From contig CALXDZ010000118.1 of the NCBI GenBank assembly GCA_944387205.1, forward strand, positions 16,309 through 80,308: DNA of 64,000 nucleotides, given 5' to 3'. Positions 1 through 8,596 of the stretch are shown piece after piece. The notes under the pieces are model-generated. The model had not been told where the DNA came from. It made no database searches and saw only the letters and a list, made by a program, of their open reading frames with translations. Origin of the DNA: an uncultured Oscillospiraceae bacterium. Its GTDB lineage: Bacteria; Bacillota; Clostridia; Oscillospirales; Oscillospiraceae. Every line of letters begins with the position of its first letter. Positions within the stretch are counted from its first letter, which is position 1. The position numbers and the translations under genes were made by a program.

Positions 1-1138
1 GGCCCTCCATGGCCAGGTTCACCAGCACCAGCCCCAGGGGCAGCAGGGCATACAGAAGTAGGTTCAGGATCATGTTGAGGTTCAGGCTGGTCACAAGCCC
101 GAACATGGATTGGACCCGGCTGGCCAGGACCCAGATCCCGTTGACGGCCGCCAAAACCGCGGCGATGACATTGAGCAAAGGCACCTGCCGCCTCTTGCCC
201 ACAGGCCGGTTCCAGGTAAAGCCCACGGCCCCCAGCAGCATCAGCAGCACCCCAAGGAAGAGCAGGGCCGCCGCCTGGATCTGCTCCATGACTGCTCCGG
301 AGTCGGAATAGAGACCCACTTGCCGCAGTATGATAAGGGTCCGGAACTGGCAGACGAGCAGCAGCGCCGCGGCCACCAGGGTCCACCGCTCCCGGTTGGT
401 CCGCAGCAGCAGCATGACGCCTGCCGCCACCACCAGCAGCGGCCAGAGCAGTCCCAGAGGGGACGCCGCAAAAGAGTCACTCCGGAACAGCTGCATCAGC
501 TGATCCACCCCGTCGCCCACCAGGAACAGCGCGCCCAAAATGGTCAGGGCACCCGCTTTGGGGACAGAGCGATAGCGCACGCCCTTCTCCCCCGGCACCC
601 AGGTCTGGGCGCTCTGGGGCAGATAGGTCCGGGGCTCCACATTGACGCACAGCAAAAGCGCGCCCACAAAGGAAAGCGCCCGGGGCAGCAGGTACAAAGG
701 GGATATACGATACCGCAGATCCAGCAGGATGGTCAGCAAAAGCACCACCGCAGCCACCAGATTCAGCACCGGCATCCGGAACTTCTCCGGCAAAAAGCCA
801 GGCACCTTGTTCCAGGAGGTGCCCAGAGCGGAGACTGCCCAGGCGGCCACGGCCACCAGGATCAGTACGCCATTGGCCAATACGGCGGCACCGAACAGCG
901 CCAGAGCTCCGCCGACGGCATCGTTGACCCGCCTGCCCCGGGACGTCAGCAGCAGCACGCCGCCGGCCACGACCAGCAGGCAGTAGAAAAGCGGGATGGA
1001 GGAATAGTAGTTCTCCACCACTCTGCCCAAGATCCAGCTCACCATCGGTCCCGCTATCAGCAGCACGGCGGATACCGTCAGCAGCACACTTTTCCGGGGC
1101 ACGCCCCCGGTCCGCTCTTTCTGTACTTTCGGTTCCAT
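1..1138 (-). CDS. Hypothetical multi-pass membrane protein with internal duplication (3' end runs off the window)
   Basis: Hand translation from ATG 1138 (MEPKVQKERTGGVPRKSVLLTVSAVLLIAG...) after a GAGGGAG RBS; frame still open at base 1 (...LLYALLPLGLVLVNLAMEG); many hydrophobic segments. Not in the ORF track because no stop lies in the window. Confidence 0.8.
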   Translation of the reverse strand, partial: MEPKVQKERTGGVPRKSVLLTVSAVLLIAGPMVSWILGRVVENYYSSIPLFYCLLVVAGGVLLLTSRGRRVNDAVGGALALFGAAVLANGVLILVAVAAWAVSALGTSWNKVPGFLPEKFRMPVLNLVAAVVLLLTILLDLRYRISPLYLLPRALSFVGALLLCVNVEPRTYLPQSAQTWVPGEKGVRYRSVPKAGALTILGALFLVGDGVDQLMQLFRSDSFAASPLGLLWPLLVVAAGVMLLLRTNRERWTLVAAALLLVCQFRTLIILRQVGLYSDSGAVMEQIQAAALLFLGVLLMLLGAVGFTWNRPVGKRRQVPLLNVIAAVLAAVNGIWVLASRVQSMFGLVTSLNLNMILNLLLYALLPLGLVLVNLAMEG

Positions 1139-1365
1139 CAAAAACGCTCCCTCTTTTTCTTATATTCTTCCAAAGAAATTCCTGCGGCAGACAGGATTTT
1201 CCTCCTCAAACTATACCTCTCTCCGCTGGAAAAAGCAATCCCCCGAAGCCTACCTCTCCCTTTCCCGGGCAAAACTTTCCTGTCTGATTTGCCAAGGCCG
1301 TCTGTTTTTGCCCATGTGCTTTTCGTCCAAAAGGGAGAAAATTCCCCTATCCTGTCACAGTGTCA

Positions 1366-1395
1366 TTGACAATTGTCCGCGGCGTGTTGTATGGT
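1366..1395 (+). promoter_or_regulatory. sigma-A promoter for the riboswitch-pflAB transcript
   Basis: TTGACA 1366-1371, 18-bp spacer, TATGGT 1390-1395, just 5' of the aptamer. Confidence 0.6.
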
Positions 1396-1401
1396 GAAAG
1401 C

Positions 1402-1503
1402 GGCTCATATGACTGACGGAAGTGGATGGACCACATGGAGTATGAGACCGGAATCGCCGACCGTCTGGGCACACTTTTTCAGGTGCCTGGGCGGTATTTT
1501 TAT
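1402..1503 (+). ncRNA. ZMP/ZTP (pfl motif) riboswitch with terminator expression platform
   Basis: ctcatatGACTGACGGAAGTGGAtggaCCACATGGAGtatgag...GCCGACCGTCTGGGCA matches the recalled pfl-motif consensus. The 3' stem overlaps hairpin accgtctgggcac/gtgcctgggcggt plus T-tract (1460-1503). Lies upstream of pfl genes. Confidence 0.9.
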
Positions 1504-1532
1504 ACCCTTTTCCAGGCGGAAGGGAGGGTAAT

Positions 1533-2279
1533 ATGACAGGACGCATCCACTCCATCGAGTCCATGGGACTGGTGGACGGGCCCGGTGTCCGGTCTGTGGT
1601 GTTTTTCCAGGGCTGTCCCCTGCGGTGCCTCTACTGTCACAACCCGGATACCCAGCGGGGCGGCGGACAGGAGATCTCCGCCCAAGAGCTGTGCCGGCGG
1701 CTGGTGCGCTTCCGCCCCTATTTTGGAGACAGCGGCGGCGTGACCTTTTCCGGCGGCGAGCCCCTGGCCCAGCCGGAATTTCTGTTGGAATGTCTCAGGC
1801 GTCTCAAGGCAGAGGGAATCCACACCTGCCTGGACACCTCCGGCGTGGGGCTGGGGAACTACGGGGAAATTTTGGCCCACACGGACCTGGTGCTCTACGA
1901 CGTCAAACACTTTGACCCCCAGGGCTACCGGGCCATCACCGGCAGGGACATGGACGCCACCCTGGCCTTTGTGGAAGCGGTGCGGACGGCAGGCGTGCCC
2001 ATATGGGTGCGCCATGTGGTGGTGCCGGGCCTGACGGATGGGGAGGACCATCTCACCGCCCTGGGCGCGTACATCGCCACCCTTCCAGGGGTGGAGCGGG
2101 TGGAGCTGCTGCCCTACCACACCATGGGAGTGGAGAAGTACCGCAAGCTGGGCATCCCCTACGCCCTGGAGGGCGTTCCCCCTATGGATGGAACAAAATT
2201 GGAGAAATGGAACCGGCGGCTCAACGAGATCTGCCGCCGGGGCACAAAACAGGAAAGGAATGAGAGCTATGAGCATTGA
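1533..2279 (+). CDS. pflA: Pyruvate formate-lyase activating enzyme (radical SAM)
   Basis: [31 protein letters not shown] (CxxxCxxC), [10 protein letters not shown]; directly upstream of pflB. Confidence 0.95.
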   Translation: MTGRIHSIESMGLVDGPGVRSVVFFQGCPLRCLYCHNPDTQRGGGQEISAQELCRRLVRFRPYFGDSGGVTFSGGEPLAQPEFLLECLRRLKAEGIHTCLDTSGVGLGNYGEILAHTDLVLYDVKHFDPQGYRAITGRDMDATLAFVEAVRTAGVPIWVRHVVVPGLTDGEDHLTALGAYIATLPGVERVELLPYHTMGVEKYRKLGIPYALEGVPPMDGTKLEKWNRRLNEICRRGTKQERNESYEH

Positions 2280-4512
2280 TGTCAACTGCACCGCCTGGAA
2301 TGGATTTCGCACCGGCGAATGGCGCCACCTGGTGAATGTGCGCAACTTTATTCAAAAGAACTACACCCCCTACGAGGGAGACGACAGCTTCCTGGCTCCC
2401 ATCTCCTCCAAGACTGCCAAGGTCTGGGAAAAGGCGGAGGCACTGATTCTGGAGGAGATCCAAAAGGGCATCATCGACGTGGAGACCCGCGTGGTCTCCG
2501 GCATCGACAACTTCGCCCCCGGCTATATCGACCGGGACAACGAGGTCATCGTGGGATTGCAGACCGACGCCCCCCTCAAGCGCATCGTCAACCTCTACGG
2601 CGGCATGCGCATGGCCACCTCCGCTCTGGAGCAGTACGGCTATCACCTGGACCCGGAGGTGGAAAAGCACTTCCGCCTCTACCGCAAGACCCACAACGAC
2701 GGCGTCTTTGACGTCTATCCCCAGCGCACCCGCCTGGCCCGGTCCGCAGGCCTGCTCACCGGCCTGCCCGACGCCTACGGCCGAGGCCGCATCGTAGGCG
2801 ACTACTGCCGGGTGCCCCTGTACGGCACGGATTTCCTCATCGAGGAAAAGCGCAAGGACCTGGATATGCTGGACGGCCTCATGACCGACGAGCGCATCCG
2901 CCTGCGGGAGGAGGTCCAGATGCAGATCCGGGCCCTGGAGGAGATGGCCTCCATGGCCGCCAGGTACGGCTGCGACATCACCCGCCCGGCGGAAAACGCC
3001 CATGAGGCGGTACAGAACCTGTACATGGCTTATCTTGCCGGCATCAAGGAGAACAACGGCGCTGCCACCTCCCTGGGCCGCACGGCCACCTTCCTGGACA
3101 TCTACATCCAGCGGGACCTGGACAACGGTGTGCTGGACGAGCAGGGTGCCCAGGAACTCATTGACCAGTTTGTCATCAAGCTGCGTCTGGTGCGCCACCT
3201 GCGTACCCCGGAGTACAACGAGCTCTTCGGCGGCGACCCCACCTGGGTCACCGAATCCATCGGCGGCATGGGCGTGGACGGCCGGACCCTGGTGACCAAG
3301 AACTCCTTCCGCTATCTCCACACCCTGACCAATCTGGGCACCGCCCCGGAGCCCAACCTGACCGTGCTGTGGAGCAAGAATCTGCCCCAGGCCTTCAAGG
3401 ACTACTGCTCCAAAATGAGCATCCAGACCGACTCCATCCAGTACGAGAGCGACGAGCTCATGCGGCCCCTGTACGGCGACGACTACTGCATCGCCTGCTG
3501 CGTGTCCGCCATGGCCGTGGGCAAGCAGATGCAGTTCTTCGGCGCCCGGGCCAACCTGGCCAAGAGCCTGCTCTACGCCATCAACGGCGGCGTGGACGAA
3601 AAGAAGGGCATGGAGGTGGTCCCCGGCATCGAGCACGACCTGGACGAGGTGCTGGACTACCCCAAGGTGCTGGGCAACTACAAGAAAGTCCTGGCCTATG
3701 TGGCGGAGCTCTACGTGGACACCATCAACATCATCCACTATATGCACGACAAATACGCCTATGAGAGCAGCCAGATGGCCCTTCACGACACCCTGGTGGA
3801 GCGGCTGGCGGCCTTCGGTGTGGCGGGCCTCTCCATCGCCGCCGACTCCCTCTCCGCCATCAAGTTCGCCAAGGTCCGTCCCATCCGCAACGAGGCGGGC
3901 ATCGCCGTGGACTTTGCCATTGAGGGGGACTTCCCCAAGTACGGCAACGACGACGACCGGGTGGACGACATCGCCGTGGAGCTGGTGTCCTACTTCTCCG
4001 CCGAGCTGAAAAAGCACCCCCTGTACCGAAATGGCATCCACACTCTCTCTGCCCTGACCATCACCTCCAACGTGATGTACGGCAAAAAGACTGGCACCAC
4101 CCCCGACGGCCGCAAGGCCGGGGAGCCCTTCGCCCCCGGCGCCAATCCCATGCACGGCCGGGATGTAAACGGTGCCCTGGCAAGCCTCAACTCCGTGGCC
4201 AAGATTCCCTATCGGGCGGTGTGCCAGGACGGCGTGTCCAACACCTTTACCGTCGTCCCCGAAGCCCTTGGCAAGGACGACAGCCAGCGGGTAACCAACC
4301 TGGTGGCCATCCTGGACGGCTATTTCTCCCAGGGCGCCCACCACCTCAATGTGAACGTGCTGCACCGGGAGACTTTGCTGGACGCCATGGAGCATCCGGA
4401 GAAGTACCCCAGCCTGACCATCCGGGTCTCTGGCTACGCGGTGAACTTCAACCGCCTGAGCCGGGAGCAGCAAGAGGAAGTGGTCCGCCGTACCTTCCAC
4501 GCTGCAATATGA
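2269..4512 (+). CDS. pflB: Formate C-acetyltransferase (pyruvate formate-lyase)
   Basis: IACCVS active-site Cys pair, glycyl-radical motif TIRVSGYAV; start trimmed to ATG 2269 after GGAAAGGA RBS. Confidence 0.96.
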   Translation: MSIDVNCTAWNGFRTGEWRHLVNVRNFIQKNYTPYEGDDSFLAPISSKTAKVWEKAEALILEEIQKGIIDVETRVVSGIDNFAPGYIDRDNEVIVGLQTDAPLKRIVNLYGGMRMATSALEQYGYHLDPEVEKHFRLYRKTHNDGVFDVYPQRTRLARSAGLLTGLPDAYGRGRIVGDYCRVPLYGTDFLIEEKRKDLDMLDGLMTDERIRLREEVQMQIRALEEMASMAARYGCDITRPAENAHEAVQNLYMAYLAGIKENNGAATSLGRTATFLDIYIQRDLDNGVLDEQGAQELIDQFVIKLRLVRHLRTPEYNELFGGDPTWVTESIGGMGVDGRTLVTKNSFRYLHTLTNLGTAPEPNLTVLWSKNLPQAFKDYCSKMSIQTDSIQYESDELMRPLYGDDYCIACCVSAMAVGKQMQFFGARANLAKSLLYAINGGVDEKKGMEVVPGIEHDLDEVLDYPKVLGNYKKVLAYVAELYVDTINIIHYMHDKYAYESSQMALHDTLVERLAAFGVAGLSIAADSLSAIKFAKVRPIRNEAGIAVDFAIEGDFPKYGNDDDRVDDIAVELVSYFSAELKKHPLYRNGIHTLSALTITSNVMYGKKTGTTPDGRKAGEPFAPGANPMHGRDVNGALASLNSVAKIPYRAVCQDGVSNTFTVVPEALGKDDSQRVTNLVAILDGYFSQGAHHLNVNVLHRETLLDAMEHPEKYPSLTIRVSGYAVNFNRLSREQQEEVVRRTFHAAI

Positions 4513-4528
4513 CCGGCTCCCTCACCAC

Positions 4529-4572
4529 AGCAAAAACCGGGAGACACACAAGTGTGTCTCCCGGTTTTTGCT
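4529..4572. terminator. Bidirectional intrinsic terminator between pflB and ilvN
   Basis: agcaaaaaccgggagacacac-aa-gtgtgtctcccggtttttgct inverted repeat between convergent genes. Confidence 0.85.
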
Positions 4573-4592
4573 TCTAATATATATCAGAGAGT

Positions 4593-5078
4593 TTAAATTT
4601 TCCCCGCGCCCTTCTGCAGGGCGATGATTCCTGTGCGGGCCACCTCCAGGATGCCGAAGGGCCGCATCATATCCTCAAAGGTGTTCACCCGGTCAGAGGT
4701 GTCGGAGAGCTCCATGGTCATGGAGGTGGGAGAGATATCCGCCACCTTGGCACCGCAGATGCCGCAGATGGTCATGATCTGCTCCCGGCTTCCCTTGTTG
4801 GCGCTGACCTTGATGAGCATCAGCTCCCGGCCGATGAGGGTGCTCTCATCCAGCGTACGGACCTTGATGACCTCGATGAGCTTGTTGAGCTGCTTTTCCA
4901 CCTGCTCCACCACGCTGTTGCCGTTGTCCACGATGATGGTGATGCGGGAGAGGGAGGGATCGTCGGTGACGCCCACTGCCAGAGAATCGATGTTGAAGGC
5001 CCGACGGGAAAACAGGCTGGTGATGCGGTTCAAAACACCTGCCCGGTTCTCCACCAGCACGGAAATGGTCTGTTTCAT
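4593..5078 (-). CDS. ilvN: Acetolactate synthase small (regulatory) subunit
   Basis: ACT-domain start SVLVENRAGVLNRITSLFSRRAFNIDSL; C-terminal EVARTG. Confidence 0.95.
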   Translation of the reverse strand: MKQTISVLVENRAGVLNRITSLFSRRAFNIDSLAVGVTDDPSLSRITIIVDNGNSVVEQVEKQLNKLIEVIKVRTLDESTLIGRELMLIKVSANKGSREQIMTICGICGAKVADISPTSMTMELSDTSDRVNTFEDMMRPFGILEVARTGIIALQKGAGKI

Positions 5079-5093
5079 ATCCTCTCCTCCTCT

Positions 5094-6728
5094 TTAGTCA
5101 TTGGTCCCCACATCCGGATGGACCTCACAGATCAAAATGCAGCTGCCCTCTGTGCCCAGGAAACGCTCCAGGGTCTCGGAAATCCGGTCCTCGTCGTCCA
5201 GTACCAGACTGGGAATGCCGTAGGCAGCGGCAATCACGGTGAAGTCCGGAGAGCCGTCCAGGTCCACGCCCACCGGCCCGTGGTAGGGCTCGGTCTTCTG
5301 GATCTGATGGACCAAACCCAAGGTGTGATTCTGGAACACCAGGATCTTCAGATCCATCCCGGTGCAGCGGACTGCCGCCAGTTCATTCATAGCCATCTGG
5401 AAAGAGCCGTCGCCGCAGATGGCCACCACCTGCCGCTCCGGCTGGGCGATCTTGACGCCGATGGCCGCCGGAACGGCGTAACCCATGGTGCCAAGTCCGC
5501 CGCTGGTCAGCAGCCGGCCCTTCTTCTGAGGCAGATACTTGCAGGTGAAGATCTGGTTCTGGCCCACGTCCACGCACACTGCCGCGTCGTCCCTCAGCTG
5601 GCGCCCCAGCTCCCGGAGCACCGTGCCGGGGAACACGGAACCCTCCCGCCGGGGGAAGGTGCGGGTCAGCTCGGCCTGGCGGTATTCCTTGAGCTGTCTG
5701 CGCCAGTCCTCAGAATCTGGTGCCGGGGCGTCCAGCTCCAGCAGCTGGCGCAAAATGACCTTCACATCGCCCACCAGAGGGATGGCGGCATCCATATTCT
5801 TGCCGATCTCCGCCGGGTCCACATCGATGTGGATGGTGGCCATGCGGCGCTGGATCTCACTGGGGGAGAGGATGGTCCGGTCCGCTGCCCGGCAGCCCAC
5901 CATGATGAGAAGGTCTGCCTTCACCAGGGCCTTGTTGGCGCAGGCGTTGCCATGGGCGCCGATCATGCCCATGTTCAGGGGATGGTCCGTGGGCATCAGA
6001 GAAATACCCATCATGGTCTTGACCAGGGGAATGGAGTAGCGCTCCGCCAGCTGCAGCAGCTCGTCCCGGGCGTGAGCCAGCCACACGCCGCCGCCAGCGC
6101 AGATCAGGGGCTGGTGAGCCTTGGAGATGACCTCCGCCACCCGGCGGATCTGCCTTTCATTGCCCCGGATGCTGGGATGATACCCCCGGATCTCCACCTC
6201 CTCCGGGAACTTCACATCCTCCACCTTCTGTTCCTGAATATCGATGGGAACGTCAATGAGCACCGGGCCAGGCCGGCCTGTGGAGGCGATATAGAAGGCC
6301 TCCTTCAAAATCTGCGGCAGCTGGGCGGCGTCCTTGACCAGATAGTTGTGCTTGGTAAAGGGCGACACCGCTGTGGTGATGTCCACCTCCTGGAAAATAT
6401 CCCGGCCCAGCAGTCCAGAGGGCACCTGGCCCGTAATGGCAACCATGGGGATGGAATCCATATAGGCCGTGGCAATGCCAGTGATGAGGTTGGTGGCACC
6501 GGGGCCGGAGGTCACTAGACATACGCCCACCTTCCCCGTGACCCGGGCGTAGCCGGAAGCCATATGGCCTGCATTCTGCTCCGTGCGGACCAGTGTGTAG
6601 CGAATCTGCGGCGTGGCCTTCAGCGCATCCATCAGCGGGCAGATGGTGGCACCGGCATAGCCGAACAGCTGCTCTACGTTCTCACGCAGCAGTCCCTGCA
6701 CCAAAATCTCAGCACCTGTCATTTCCAT
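5094..6728 (-). CDS. ilvB: Acetolactate synthase large subunit
   Basis: TSGPGATN, TGRPGPVLID, TPP motif GDGSFQM; start at ATG 6728 after AGGTAAGG. Confidence 0.95.
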   Translation of the reverse strand: MEMTGAEILVQGLLRENVEQLFGYAGATICPLMDALKATPQIRYTLVRTEQNAGHMASGYARVTGKVGVCLVTSGPGATNLITGIATAYMDSIPMVAITGQVPSGLLGRDIFQEVDITTAVSPFTKHNYLVKDAAQLPQILKEAFYIASTGRPGPVLIDVPIDIQEQKVEDVKFPEEVEIRGYHPSIRGNERQIRRVAEVISKAHQPLICAGGGVWLAHARDELLQLAERYSIPLVKTMMGISLMPTDHPLNMGMIGAHGNACANKALVKADLLIMVGCRAADRTILSPSEIQRRMATIHIDVDPAEIGKNMDAAIPLVGDVKVILRQLLELDAPAPDSEDWRRQLKEYRQAELTRTFPRREGSVFPGTVLRELGRQLRDDAAVCVDVGQNQIFTCKYLPQKKGRLLTSGGLGTMGYAVPAAIGVKIAQPERQVVAICGDGSFQMAMNELAAVRCTGMDLKILVFQNHTLGLVHQIQKTEPYHGPVGVDLDGSPDFTVIAAAYGIPSLVLDDEDRISETLERFLGTEGSCILICEVHPDVGTND

Positions 6729-6762
6729 GAACCTTACCTTCTTTCCAAGCAATTTGGGGAAT

Positions 6763-6799
6763 AAAAAAGTCCGTGACCCTGTGTCGGATCACGGACTTT
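6763..6799 (-). terminator. Attenuator terminator upstream of ilvB
   Basis: Minus strand aaagtccgtgatcc-gacaca-gggtcacggactttttt, between the leader ORF and the ilvB start. Confidence 0.85.
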
Positions 6800-6813
6800 C
6801 AAGAATTCACCCT

Positions 6814-6975
6814 TCAGCGGCGTTGTGTCGCCTGAACCCGGCAATCGCCGGCGGATACCTTCCTGTTCACTGCATGACCAAACACACTATCCTGTTTCCC
6901 TACCAGCAGTACCAGTACCAGAACCAGAACAATGTGCAATACCAGAGTATTCAGCAGAGCGGTCAGCATAAACAT
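6814..6975 (-). CDS. Putative ilvBN attenuator leader peptide (53 aa, Leu/Val/Ile-rich)
   Basis: AAGGGAG RBS, MFMLTALLNTLVLHIVLVLVLVLLVGK...; 17 of codons 4-25 are Leu/Val/Ile; followed by the terminator. Confidence 0.75.
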   Translation of the reverse strand: MFMLTALLNTLVLHIVLVLVLVLLVGKQDSVFGHAVNRKVSAGDCRVQATQRR

Positions 6976-7053
6976 GGAATTCTCCCTTAACGCAGATATG
7001 GTTTTGCGCGCCCCCGGCACGCTTCAGTGAAAGCACGGCCCGGGTTTTTTGCC

Positions 7054-7082
7054 ATTATAACCGCCTGCCTCCCAAAGCGCAA
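7054..7082 (-). promoter_or_regulatory. sigma-A promoter of the ilv leader-ilvBN operon
   Basis: TTGCGC (7082-7077), 17 bp, TATAAT (7059-7054). Confidence 0.65.
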
Positions 7083-7270
7083 CAGCCAATTGCAGTCCCC
7101 GGAAAAACTTCGGAATTTTTTTACAAAATACCCGCCATTTTACAGGGATATACTGTGCATATTCACATCGTTTTTATAAGTGCCTCCGAGGTGTTTTCAA
7201 GTGTCTTTCGCGCGAAAGCAAAAATTGCCTTTCAGCGGCGGCCATCCTGCAGAGGCAATTCGTCAAAATG

Positions 7271-7903
7271 CAAAAAGCGAGGCGCACTTTGCAGCGTGCC
7301 TCGCTTTTGGTCCTGTGTAAACTGTATGGGTGCCAGCCAAAGCTGGGGCCCCGCACAGCGGGGCGGCGCTTTTGCGCCGTACGCGCGTTTTGGCCGCAGG
7401 CCAAAACCTCGGCGGAGGCGGAATTCATTTCCGCCGAGCATTTTAAAAATCTCCAGGTATCCAAAAAGAAACACCAGCCAACAGGCTGGTGTTTCTTTTT
7501 GTCTTGTCCATAAAGTATAGATGCCGCTGCCAGATCTTCAGACGGCCCTTCTGGGCCGCGCCGCGAATGCGGCGTGAATTCGGAGCGCAGCGGAGAATTG
7601 CGCAGGGGCGGCTTTGCCGACCCCGAGCATTTGAATCTCCGAAGGGTGGAGGTGGCCTATGGCCGCCGGAACCCAAAAAGAAAGACACGCTTTGCAACGT
7701 GTCTTTCTTTTTGTCTTGTCCGCAAAGTTTAGATGCCGGACAAGACTGGGGCCCCGCACAGCGGGTCGGCGCTTTTGCGCCGTACAAGCGTTTTGCCGCA
7801 GGCAAAACCTTGGCGCAGGGGCAATTCACTTGCCCCGAGCATTTGAAATATCTCAGGATTCCATAAAAATAACCACACCTGACGGTGTGGTTATTTTTAT
7901 GGA
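7271..7903. repeat. Array of three structured repeat units separated by four terminator-like hairpins, downstream of tRNA-Cys
   Basis: Cores 7343-7443 and 7746-7844 are near-identical with compensatory changes; diverged middle unit 7502-7673; hairpins at 7271-7309, 7462-7501, 7674-7713, 7860-7903. Confidence 0.85.
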
Positions 7904-7974
7904 GGTGACACCCGGATTTGAACCGGGGAATGAGGGTTTTGCAGACCCTTGCCTTACCACGTGGCTATGTCACC
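7900..7974 (-). tRNA. tRNA-Cys(GCA)
   Basis: GGTGACA...AGGGT-CTGCAAA-ACCCT...GGTTCAAATCC...TGTCACC-T-CCA. Confidence 0.93.
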
Positions 7975-8019
7975 GTTTTCAAAGCGCAGAGACGATCCCC
8001 ACGCTGTATTGTATGCTCC

Positions 8020-8069
8020 CCATTTGAAAATAGTCACACAAATTTTACTGTGTGACTATTTTCAAATGG
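8020..8069. terminator. Long hairpin between tRNA-Gly and tRNA-Cys
   Basis: ccatttgaaaatagtcacaca / tgtgtgactattttcaaatgg 21-bp perfect arms. Confidence 0.6.
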
Positions 8070-8142
8070 AGCGAGCGACGAGGCTCGAACTCGCTACCTC
8101 CACCTTGGCAAGGTGGCGCTCTACCAGATGAGCTACGCTCGC
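8067..8142 (-). tRNA. tRNA-Gly(GCC)
   Basis: CCACC-TTGCCAA-GGTGG anticodon arm, GTTCGAG T-loop, CCA end. Confidence 0.96.
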
Positions 8143-8171
8143 GTGCGCGCAATCGGTATTCAATTGCGCGT

Positions 8172-8247
<76 letters not shown>

Positions 8248-8250
8248 AAA

Positions 8251-8327
8251 TGGCGACCAAGATGGGGCTCGAACCCACGACCTCCAGCGTGACAGGCTGG
8301 CGTTCTAACCAACTGAACTACTTGGCC
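8251..8327 (-). tRNA. tRNA-Asp(GTC)
   Basis: CCAGC-CTGTCAC-GCTGG anticodon arm, CCA end. Confidence 0.96.
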
Positions 8328-8371
8328 ATACTTCACTTCCGGGGCGGGCACCATCCAATCCAGGATTAAAA

Positions 8372-8448
8372 TGGTGGGAACAACTGGACTCGAACCAGTG
8401 ACCCCCTGCTTGTAAGGCAGGTGCTCTAACCAGCTGAGCTATGCTCCC
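8372..8448 (-). tRNA. tRNA-Val(TAC)
   Basis: CCTGC-CTTACAA-GCAGG anticodon arm, CCA end. Confidence 0.96.
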
Positions 8449-8480
8449 GGAATTCGTTCGTGACCCGAACGGCAAGGGTT

Positions 8481-8555
8481 ATTATACTAAAAGGTTTCCC
8501 ATCTGTCAACCTTAAATCGCAAAATTTTTCAGGTTTTTTTATTTTTTGTAAAAAG
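8481..8555 (-). promoter_or_regulatory. Consensus sigma-A promoter with UP-like A-tracts for the tRNA operon
   Basis: TTGACA (8509-8504), 17 bp, TATAAT (8486-8481); A/T tracts 8520-8555. Confidence 0.9.
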
Positions 8556-8596
8556 TGGGAAAAGGGCCGCCTCCGGCCCTCTTCCCGCCGGGGCTC

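Noticed and set aside
110-1369. 419-aa Q/H/R-rich plus-strand ORF
   Set aside because: Antisense shadow of the Leu/Val-rich membrane protein on the minus strand.
2221-4500. 759-aa minus-strand ORF opposite pflB (likewise 55271-57871, 33630-35459, 48586-50001, 5118-6518, 61536-62903 and other long antisense ORFs)
   Set aside because: Shadow ORFs caused by high GC3 codon bias of well-supported genes on the other strand; no motifs or RBS.
6800-6816. T-box riboswitch upstream of ilvB (GAAGGGTGAATTC resembles AGGGTGGNACC)
   Set aside because: Lacks UGGN-ACC and a recognisable stem I; the leader-peptide model explains the region better.
7271-7903. CRISPR array interpretation
   Set aside because: Units are 150-170 bp and homologous to each other; no constant short repeat with unique spacers; no cas genes.
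7155-8027. Several 70-130 aa ORFs over the repeat array
   Set aside because: They cross terminator hairpins and tRNA-Cys; substitutions between copies preserve base pairing, not codons.
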